NCBI GenBank assembly: GCA_030704615.1 | Contig: JAKLZA010000198.1 | Coordinates: 1 to 34,000, forward strand | Direction: 5' to 3' | DNA from: Takakia lepidozioides | Lineage: Eukaryota; Plantae; Bryophyta | DNA length: 34,000 nt | In this document: in pieces, positions 12,101 through 22,100 of the stretch | How the letters are laid out: each line of letters opens with the position of its first letter | How positions within the stretch are numbered: position 1 is the first letter of the stretch | Program-made: the position numbers and the translations under genes | The notes under the pieces: generated by a model | Told to the model about the DNA's origin: nothing | The model's input: only the letters and a program-made list of their open reading frames with translations | Database searches by the model: none

Positions 12101-14907
12101 CAGATTCACGACCACACTGACTCGGAGGACCCAACTACACTTCCTGTCCACCAGTCCGGATCCTGGCTCGTTGAACAGAGTCGGCTGCACTGGCCTCAAC
12201 GGGACCCTGTCTCTGAATTTGTGCGGAGTTCTATCAGTGCATTGACGGAGTCTCTTTTCCCGCCGGGCCATCTTCACATATTGGCGCATCGTTTGAGGAT
12301 ATAAGCGGGCACCGGTAAACCATTCTTCTCCAGTGACCCATGGCCTGCCAACTATTTCCATTCAGCTCAGCCCGGTTTTGGTTCGTTCGCTTGCGAAAAG
12401 CTATAGATGATTCTTACGTGATTGATCGCAATATGGGAACTCAACCCCGTATCATTGACCTTACTGAAGAACTAGACGATGTAGTTGCCGCGGATAATTT
12501 AGATGTCGGCGGTAGTCAAGCTTTTTCTGCATCAGACCCTGAAGACACAGTTGACTTGCAAGTTGATAGATTGATCTCCTCCCTGCAAGAGCAGACCGAC
12601 CACGAGAGTGACCACCAGGCTGAACAGCAGACTGACCAGAGCAAAAAGCAGACTGAGCACAGACTGACCAGACTGAGGACAGTGAGCAGCAAACTGACGC
12701 TGAACATGGTCCTCTGAAGGAGGGCCAACATGCCGTTCGCCCCGCCCACGAGAGTGTCCACCAGACGACAGCAGACTGACCAGAGCGGTGAGCAGACTGT
12801 GAGACTGAGGACTGAGACTGAGGACACTGAGCAGCAGACCGATGCCGAACATGGACAGACTAAGGGCCAACATGCCGTTCCCCCCACACAAGAGTGTCCA
12901 CCAGACTCGACAGCAGACTGACCATAGCGGCGAGCAGACTGAGCACCAGGCTAACCGCTCTGAGCAGCACAGACTGACTGACGTTCAAGGGGAGCAGTCT
13001 GCCAGTCGCTTCCTTCCAATGACGCCGTACAGGTTGTGCCCTGCCGTCTTCCACCTCTGTGATTTCAGATTTATGTTCAATTTCTGTGTATTGACAGGAT
13101 CTGTTGTACCTACAAGACTCCCTCCCAGGCAATTCCACAACCCGCCAATGTTGCTCACGTTGGCTCCACAACCAAAAAAGTGGCTTACTTACAACGCCAA
13201 CAGATGCACGGATTAGTTCAACGCATGCGACCCGTGAGGCTGCCATACAGGTCCTGCAAGTGTGAACAAGCCTGCAGACACAGTCGTGTTGCAAAGCAGG
13301 ACCGCATCACTTCGTCAGTCTGCTGAATCGAACCCGGCCACAGTAGTCGCCGAATCCCTGGGCACAAGTAGAGCGAAGAAGCGGACTGTCGTGGAGCAGA
13401 CTCAGGAAATTTGGGAGGGTCCTGTTGCCAAGAAACCTGCGAAGAAAGGCAAGTCCGCTGTCTTCATGAACAAGGACCGCAAAATGGCATTGGATACGGA
13501 CAAGGAAGTGGTTCTTCAGCAAGAAATGCACCAGTGAGTAGTCCTCCCAGTCTGCTGAGTCTGGTCACTCCAGTCTGCTCAAAAGTGTGAGTCTGCTCAG
13601 TCCGCTCTCTGGTGAGTCTGGCTCCGCTCAGTCCGCTCGGTATGGGCAGTCTGTTGAATGGAGTCAGTCCGCTCAGACCGTTGCGTACATGGGTTTTCAC
13701 ACAAGGCCGTGGTCTGTGTGCAGGTTGGGTTCTCGTTTTGCCGCGGCCCTGCGACGGAATGTCGCGGCCGGCAATTGCATGGTTCACTTTTATGAAGGCG
13801 ACCCCCGGTATGAGTGCTCCATCGGGCCTCCGGACTTGAAGCCACTTGAGACGGTGGAGTCGGAGTGCACAGATAGAATGCTGGAGCTGTGGTGTCGTTT
13901 CTATGAGAAGACGGTTGAGACAAGTACTCAAGTACTGTTGCTCTTCTGCCAGCCTCAACGTGGTCTCGTATGATGACACATTGGGACGGGGCCACGGGAA
14001 AGGCTAGTGGAGTATCTGCATTCTTGCTGGAGCGTCCCTCGGCTCGGCAAAGACATAAAAGACTGCCATCATATAATCGTTCCGATTGTGGGAGTAAGAT
14101 CTCGCATACCCAGTCTGTTTTGTCGGCCAGTCTTTTGAATGACGTCACTACGTTCACACCTGCCTCTCGCTGGTTGAGTTCAGTCTGCTCAGTCTGGCAA
14201 ATCTGCCCAGTCTTTTGAATGAGGACAGTCTGCTCGGTCTGCCCACTCAGCCCTGAGTTTGCTCAATCTGCCTCTGCTGAGTCTGCTCATTATGCCCTGA
14301 GTCTGCTCATTATTCCGAGTCTGCTGAGTGATGAGTCTTCTGAGTCTGCTGAGTCGTGACTCTGCCGAGTCGGCTGAGTGTAGTGGGACCCCGTGCAGTG
14401 TGCGAGTCTGTAGAGTCTGCTGGAGAGGCAATTGGAGTGGTCTGCTGAGTGGACTGCTGTTGTGAGACTCATGAGATTCGTCTTGCAGGGCGCACTGGAG
14501 TGTTGTTGTCATCGACGTGCGGCTGCTACACTCACATGAACTCCATCGAGTCTTTGCATGGTTGCCCATATGTTTTGTCATGGATACGGAAGCTGCATGC
14601 GGAGTGTTTAGGCTACAGTGTTGATTCACCGGGTTGGGAGGAGGTTAGGGCATTTCAGTTCAACCAGCCTGAAGTGCCCCAACAGCCATTCAGCTGGGAA
14701 TGCGGGTTTTACGTCATGTCCTTCATCCAAGGATATTATGAATGGCTACAAACTGGGCATACTCGAACCTCTTCTAAAAGGGCAGAGAGAGGAGTACCTT
14801 TCACGAAACACTGGTTTACGTTCAAGTTTGCACTTGGCCAACGGATGCAGTGTCTTAAGTACATCTTGACTGGTTTGAGTGCTGCTGAGAAAGCAGTATC
14901 CTCATAG
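9165..14907 (+). pseudogene. Multi-exon gene with a C-terminal Ulp1/C48 (SUMO protease-like) domain; frameshifted
   Basis: After the AG acceptor at ~14488 it reads AHWSVVVID (His 14493-14495), then in a shifted frame HMNS and PQQPFSWECGFYVMSFI (Cys 14701), the C48 H...D/N...QxxxxxxC pattern. Upstream pieces include a basic NLS (PRKRK) and Q/T/D-rich repeats. The start and upstream exons are uncertain and could be more than one gene. Confidence 0.7.
13535..14470. repeat. Intronic AGTCTGCT/AGTCCGCT arrays in the Ulp1 gene (13535-13690 and ~14180-14470)
   Basis: Dense GAGTCTGCT(C/G) repeats lie between GTGAGT-type donors and the next exons. Confidence 0.75.
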
Positions 14908-15129
14908 ATCCATCTGGGTCCGAGATTAGAGGTGCACCATAGGACGCATTTGTCATGTAAGCATGCTTTTGAGCATTTGCAACGAAATAAAATATGACTT
15001 TGCATACACATCCTTGGTCGCATATGAGTGCAGTGTGGAGTAGTCGCTGTAGATTTGTGACCATTCACTGCATGTTGTTAAACGGACTTACCTCTGCACA
15101 CACAATCATTTTGTTTAACATACCAAGGG

Positions 15130-15700
15130 AGTCCACTGGTCAGCAAACAGCCGAGAGTCAGCAGACTGCCAGAGTACGGGAAGAGGGTATGCCTAGGCTT
15201 GTGAGCAGACAGATGGCAATGTCGCCAGACTGACGAGAGTCCGACAGACTGAGGAGTTGGGACCAGTCCGGCAGACTGGCAGATGCGATTGGGAACATGA
15301 GTCTGCACTGGTGAGCAGACTGTCGAGAGTCACCGGAGTGGTATAGTACAGGCGGATGACATTGGCCAGTAGACTGCCAAGTCTGGTCAGCAGAGTAATG
15401 AGAGTCCACCGTGCTGAGAATGGCCAGTCTGATGGGCAGACCGCATGAGGCTCACTGGTCAGCCAGGTGCAGGCACGTTCAGAACCGGGAGACTGGTCTC
15501 AGGAGAAGGCTGCCACAACAGACTATTTGAAGACTGAGTCCCAGCCTGGTACAGCAGACTGGTTCAGATACCAGAAGAGTGGTTGAGCAGACTGGTTCAG
15601 ACTGTTGAGCAGACTGGATCAGACGGTAGAAGACTATTGAGCAGACTGGTTCAGCCAGAAGACTGGTTTACAGGCTGGTTGGCAGGCAGGTTGGAAGTCT
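15130..15700. repeat. GCAGACT(G) array between the convergent Ulp1 and transposase genes
   Basis: Repeated GCAGACTG and AGCAGACTGGTTCAG units. Confidence 0.75.
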
Positions 15701-15782
15701 GGTGCACATGCAATCGTACCGCCGAAATTTTATTTCATGGGGAGAATGATACTGTACCATTTCTTACATTTCCTACTCTACT

Positions 15783-18700
15783 TTAAAACTGGTATACGGT
15801 CTGCGACTCTCCGGATTGTGGAGTATATGTGTGCTGCAGGTGTTGGGGCACCAACCCTCTTCCCTGTTTTGCGTAAGACCCTGGGTCGCGTTTTCCATGC
15901 CTCAACGAAATCCGTTTCCTTTTCAGCGACATATTGTTGTTGTCATTTACAGGACGGAAGCTCTTTGCTGCCAGGGTGCAACATTCCTGCAACACTCTTG
16001 GCGAGAATATCAACAAGCTGCCCCCTACAGATACGAAGAAAAGACAACACATGTTTCTGCAGGTATTTGTCGTCCCCAACAATGCGAAGTATGTCTGCAA
16101 ATTCTTCATCCATGGAGGATGGTACGAGGACAGGCTCCGCATCATAGGGAAGTCATCTGTGGAAGGGCCCTCTGTTGCATTTCCCAAACCCTCTTCGTCG
16201 CCGACACTTGCATGAACCCTAAACACATTATGCAATCCTCCATGAATGGTTCCCAGCGCCGTGCCACAAGCGCGCACTATGAGTCCATCCTGCAAGTGTG
16301 GATGAAGCAACTTCAGACTCGGACTTGATGCTTGCACAAATTGCCCTTCATTGCCCATGGGCAAGTGCAAGAAGCCCATTCGCATCCGGGGTTGTAAACA
16401 ATGTAAATTGTGTTTGGGTGATTGGTGCTTAGAACATAGGCTGGTTGCCCAGGATGGAACGGAAGAGTGACATTGCAAGCTGGGATATCGCGTGCCAAGC
16501 ACAGAACTGGACATGTACTTCTCATGTTTTCATTCCTTATGAATCCGTGCGTCTTCAGGTGAATTGCATACCAGTAGTGTGTTAGCACACGGCCTGTGAG
16601 TTCCCATATGAGCCAATCCACTCTACGCCCAGTCATTTTGCTTTTCCCCATCCTCAGTCTTGCCTTCAAGTTTCCATGGTATGCCTCAATGCTAGCATTG
16701 GTGTCTTGACTGGCATGCGGAACATGGCGAGCTGTTGTACACCACATTGCTATTTTAGGACGCCATTCCTTATCGATGTAGTCCAGAAATTCATGCCCAT
16801 TCGGATATTTCTTTCTCATGCGTCGGAGCGTTGTTGCTACCCATGCAAGACCTTCTTTGGGATTGATTGGTCCACCTCTACAGTACATGAGGTCTCCCAT
16901 ATCTTTCAGCAAGTTTGCGGCAGTGATAGGATCTTTGGTTTTCGCGCATGATTGCTTCACCCAAGCCCGCCGGACATGCCAAAGGCACAGGAAAATTAGC
17001 ACTCCTCGAAAAACAGCCCTGCAAAGTACACATGCCCACATGAGAGACTTCAAAGAGGACTTGGCCGGTGGATTTGGGCACTAACCCAGTAGACTGTCTA
17101 GTTGACTGGTCTGCCCGTCTGTTCCAAACGGATTCAGGCAGCAGACTCGCCCACTCTGACCTGCCATGAGTGTTGCCCTCACGACACCGCCAGCAGACCT
17201 GACCACGCTGACCTCGCAGCGGACTTACGTAAGTGAGTCTTGCAACGGACTTGGCCAGAGGGCATCCGACCGGACTGGTTGCCAGCAGACTTCCGAACAA
17301 TCCCCTCCGGCGGACTCGCTGCCAGCAGACCAGAGTGAGGTCGCAGCAGACTGGCGCACATGAGTCTTGCAGCGGACTTCTTGTGAACATCCTCTCTGGC
17401 GGACCTGCCTGCCAGCGGACTTGCTGGACTTGACTGAGGTCGCAGCAGATTGGCGCACGTGAGTCTTGCAGCGGACTGGAACAGTCCTATCTGGCGGACT
17501 CGCTTGCGAGCGACTTGCTCGACCAGACTGAGGTCGCAATAGACTGCGCACTGAGTCTTGCAGCGGACTGCTTGCGAATGGTCCCCTCCGACGGACCTGC
17601 CTGCCAGCGGACTTGCTGGACCAGACTGAGGTCGCAGCAGACTGGCTGAGTCTTGCAGCGGACTGCTTGCAAACAATCCCCTCTGGCGGACTGGCCTGCC
17701 AGCGGACTTGCCCTTAGGAGACCGGCAGCAGACTTACCCAGACGTTGCTGGCAGCACACCCGAGCAGACTGACCTTGTAGCATACTTGCGCAAGTGAGTC
17801 TTCCAGCGGACTTCGCTAGAGGACATTATCAGCGGACTGGTTTGCCAGCAGACTTGCAGAAATGAATGGGCCGGACTTGCAGCCAGGACTGCGTTGTATG
17901 GCAGGGGACTTGCCGAAGAGACAGACAATGGATGCAGACGATGGACTTGCACGCGAGTGTACAGGAGGGTACGTGAAACTTATGTAATGGAGTTTATTTT
18001 GGCGTCGGCATCGTCCACAATGAAGGCATTTTTTGCGAGGAGAGAGTCCTGCAAGGTTGCCATCCACGGCACCAGGTCTGTTGTCCGCTCACGTGCGCAT
18101 ATGATGTATGCAACTGGTATACCGTTAAGCCACTCGTCGAAGACCATCAACGTGTACAATGGGAATTGTTCAAATGCAGAATGTCAGATGCTGCCAGTGT
18201 GCGTACATCCACTACTTCTGCAAGTGGATAAATTGTGAAAGGGATGAAGAGTACCTTGTGGTGATTTGTCCCGAAGGTTGCATCGCATGCAACGATACGG
18301 GCATGGCCTATTGAAGCATTCGCTTCTTCTGCCACTCAGTCTGTATGCCGATTGTGAATGTTAAGTCGCCATCGTAGTGCTTGAATGTTGGCGCCAATTT
18401 TTCCTCTTGATAGAAGAAGACCGATTTTGGGTTCTGGTCTTTCCACATGCGGACACTCTCCGCATCGTTGGCATGTTTCTTGAACATTTGCCACGCCCGT
18501 TTCTCGGCCAGGTTGCGCACATCCTGCTCTAGCAAAAAATTGTCTCGTGTCCATGCATCCCCCAACCCGGTGTTGTTCATGATGTGCTCTTTATGTTCCA
18601 TCATGATTTGGGCGACTGACAGGCCTCGGCACAGACACTCCATGACCCATGCTTTCAATTCCTTGCTAATGTGTGGTGCGTAGGCGTGGCGAGTGTTCCT

Positions 18701-18933
18701 GAACTCAACGGACTTCCCATGACAGGCGTTCCCTTTTGCGTCTGTATGCTCCATATTGTTGTAGTACGTGAGGACACAAATGTCGGGGGCGAGATAGCAT
18801 TGCTGGACTTTGAAACAGCACTGGCAACCATATTCCGACTTCTTTCTCATTGGGCCTTTATGAGGGTGAGATGTTCCAGCACCCAGAAGAGGTCCTCCAC
18901 ATTTCAGTTTGGGATCCTCCACTATCGCATTGT
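15783..18933 (-). pseudogene. Mutator-clan DDE transposase with SWIM zinc finger (transposase 1), decayed
   Basis: N-terminal Zn domain GCQCCFKV...EHTDAKGNACHG. D1 VACDATFGTN (~18283), D2 FIVDDA (~18012), FLCLWHVRRAW (CxxH, ~16980), DTNASIEAYHGNLK (E ~16686), SWIM CTCPWAMKGNLCKH (~16330-16370). It has several frameshifts and two mutated splice sites. Confidence 0.88.
17090..17900. repeat. Tandem repeat array in a transposase-1 intron
   Basis: Recurrent GAGTCTTGCAGCGGACT, GCCAGCGGACTTGC and GACTGAGGTCGCAGCAGA blocks in ~80-100-bp units, between the D2 exon and the CxxH exon. Confidence 0.85.
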
Positions 18934-19008
18934 GGGGGCTGCTATTTCATGAGCGGCATGAGCATGAGCGGCATGAGCATGAGCGGAAAAAAAAAAGCAT
19001 GAGCAGAC
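18934..19008 (+). repeat. Left terminal inverted repeat with CATGAGC subrepeats
   Basis: TGCTATTTCATGAGC followed by five more CATGAGC units. Confidence 0.85.
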
Positions 19009-19176
19009 CATTGTGAGTCCACGGAAATAGGGTTAGGAGGCACGGAAATAGGGTCATGTGAAGTTGGAATGTGGCACCAGTGGACTTAAAATGCAACATT
19101 TTATTGCAAATTTTGTGGCAAGCCACGTCTATACAAGTGTGTTCTAACTGTCATAGCCGGAATGGGCACTACTCTC

Positions 19177-22100
19177 CTACACCCTCCGAGGAACTTGCCC
19201 CACCTTCTTCCTCATCCCCCTCATCCCCTCATCCTCCGAGCTCTGTGATGCATCAGTTCCACTATGCCTCTCAAAAATCCCGTCCTCTCCTTGGGGGACT
19301 GTCCACCTCACCTCCTGGGAATCTTCTGCGTCTTCTCCCCCACTTTCCTCAGCAGAATCCAACACAAATCTACGAGCCCGACGGGCTCTAATAGCTGCTG
19401 CCTCCTCCCTCATCTTCATTTTCTTGAGGCTTGCCTCGTCTAAAATCTGCTGTACACGACTACGTTCGGAACACCTCCTAATGGACACCGAAGCAAGCCG
19501 GGCAGCATAAGTAGGCAGGATGTACTCCCTTTCTGGACTAGGCATGAAATCTCCCCTGGCAAAAAAAGGCACGTTCCTCCTGCCCATGAACTCCGGTGTA
19601 GACGTCCCTCCGGCAGTACTTGGCATCCTACAGTAAGAACAAATCCACTTGAAGAATGTCAATACCAGCACAAACCAGAAAGGGTTTTCAATGAAATAAG
19701 AGCGGAGGGAGGTGCCTCACAAAATCTGGAGGCAACTTACAATGCCACCACTCACTCGTAAACCGGGGGCTCCTCGGCCTCGATCCCAACTTCCTCCCCC
19801 TGCTCCTTCTCGGATTTTTCCTCATCCTCCGAGGATGCCTCTTCCTCTTTCGGCAGACGTTCAGCCGCTGCAAGTTCCGAGTTGTGGAGGGCAGTATCTG
19901 GCTCGAAGGCGAACACATGCCTGTCGGACAACGTCCCTGCCCACATTGAAGCACCTGAGGAACAAAGCGGGCGTTAATAGCTTGCGGCATGCAATTGCAA
20001 TGGGGCCAGGGGACAAACTGAGCACGTGAAGGCTTACCCGTGCCGCATGTGAGGTCCAGAATCCGCCCTTGGACATCCGAGCACGTCTCCATGAGGGTTT
20101 GGATGAAAGCAGGGCTTCGGGTCCGGCTGTACCGCCACGGTTTGCCTGTCTTTGTGTCCTTCGGCATACTAGAGTGGGGCACATAGTTGTAGAGGACATC
20201 GTAGGTTACAGGGTCCACACAGGCATCAACAAGACGACCGTCGTTGCGGAATTTGAACGTAGACCCTCTCTTCACAAAGCAATATGCCTCAAACACCAAT
20301 GTCTGCACATCCAACAAAGAAGGGATCAATTCCAGGGTCTACTTAACATACACCACAATATGAAGTGAATGCAATAGATTGATAACTTACACTTTGGCCC
20401 TCTGTTCGCAACCCCTGCGTACTGATGCAGAACCATTTTCTGAGGAGGACCGGGGTGACACTTTTCGGTGTCCACCTTGCCACCGCATTCTCTGTGGTCT
20501 TCCCTCTCGTGGCAAGGACAACCACACATCCACCGTCATCCAGAAGCATCCCCGCCAGCCCAAACCCGGCTTTCCAGTAGTCCTCAGTAAACCTGTTCCA
20601 GGTGGGCACACCATCCAGGCCCTCCAGCAGCTCCCCATCTGGAATGTCGAGGAGAATCATGTCGCAAGCTCTCTCCACCTCAACCCCCCCCCCGAGTGCT
20701 CTTGCAATTCGTGCTCACAGCCGTGAAGAATTCCATCATGGCTTCAAAACCAGGGGTGTCTTTAGGCTCTGTACCGGCAGCCCTCTTCTTGGCTTTTCCC
20801 TTCTGCTCCGCCAGAGACTTGTTGTGTGCCACCTTCTTCGCCCTGGCAGCGAGAGCGTCAAGGAAGCTCTCATTGACGCATTGGATGATGGTTGGAGGTT
20901 CTAGCTTTGGCCTGTGCGTAAACGTCACCGCCGAATACCGCCGTGTAGGCTCGCCCTCAAATGCCAACTTCTTGGCAGAGCCAGTCCCACTCCGAACTGA
21001 CTTGGGAACCCGGACGACCGGTGACTGGGTAGGAGCAACAGCAGTCGCAGGACCTTGAACAAAATCGGCGTCGGAGTCACTCTCTTGGGTCCCCTCCTGC
21101 GCCTCCTCCGATGCCCCGATGGTTTTCTTCTTTTTGGGTGTTACTGCAGTCACCTGTTTCCTTGTCCTTTTCCTTTGACCTTTACTCTTCTCATGCAATT
21201 TCTCTTGAATTCCTGCCTGAGCAAGCTCTGCCGCTTTCCTGGAGTTCGCAAGCGCTTTTGCCTCTTTTGCACCCAACGGAGGCAGCGGAGCCCGGTTTCG
21301 TCGGAATTCAGCATCCAGCTTCAATTGAAACTCGGATGGGTCGAGCGAGCCGGGCGGAAGGTCCACATACCAAGGGCAATCACGCAAATGTTCCAGATGC
21401 CACTCCTTCACAATATCGTCAGTGTACATGGAGTCAGCCCCAGGGTTCCTCCATGCCAGGAAGAATGGTGGCTCGAAAGACAGATGACCTTTCTCCAAAA
21501 GCGAGAACTTACAGTACCTGCATTCATGAAAAACCCAATGAGGTCCGAAAATGGCTAACTCCCTGAACGGCAATAGGGCCTACAACTGGAATATGGCGCC
21601 GAATTTCCACTTCAGGGCCACCCAGTGTAGGGACTTAGCCCGAAAATGGCTAAGTCCCTGGACGGCAATACGGCCTGGAACTGGAAAACGGCGCCGAATT
21701 TCCACTTCCGGGCCAGCCACCCTAGGGACTTACCAAAAAATGGCTAAGTCCCTGGACGGCAATAGGGCCTAGAACTGGAATACGGCGCCGAATTTCCAGT
21801 TCCGGGCCAGCCACCCTAGGGACTTAGACCGAAAATGGCTAAGTCCCTGGACGGCAATAGGGCCTGGAACTGGAATATGGCGCCGAATTTCCACTTCAGG
21901 GCCAGCCAGTCTAGGGACTTGCCCGAAAATGGCTAAGTCCCTGGACGGCAATAGGGCCTAGAACTGGAATACGGCGCCGAATTTCCAGTTCCGGGCCAGC
22001 CACCCTAGGGACTTAGGGCTAAGTCCCGGCAATAGGAACTGGGCGCCGAGGGCCAGCCAGTCTAGGGACTTAAAATGGCTAAGTCCCTGGACGGCAATAG

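Larger units (their letters stand above)
6735..18933. mobile_element. Mutator-like element with Ulp1 protease and transposase (outer element; ends not defined)
   Basis: GC content jumps at ~6735. Convergent Ulp1-like (+) and DDE/SWIM transposase (-) genes share an AGCAGACT/AGTCTGCT motif throughout. No TIR pair was found, and the element may continue right of 32685. Confidence 0.65.

Noticed and set aside
16878-17952. ORFs with SPLQDS / VRCKT repeats
   Set aside because: They are by-products of the intronic tandem array in transposase 1.
19020-19054. Direct repeat CACGGAAATAGGGT, two copies just inside the left TIR
   Set aside because: Only two copies and no counterpart at the right end; too little to interpret.
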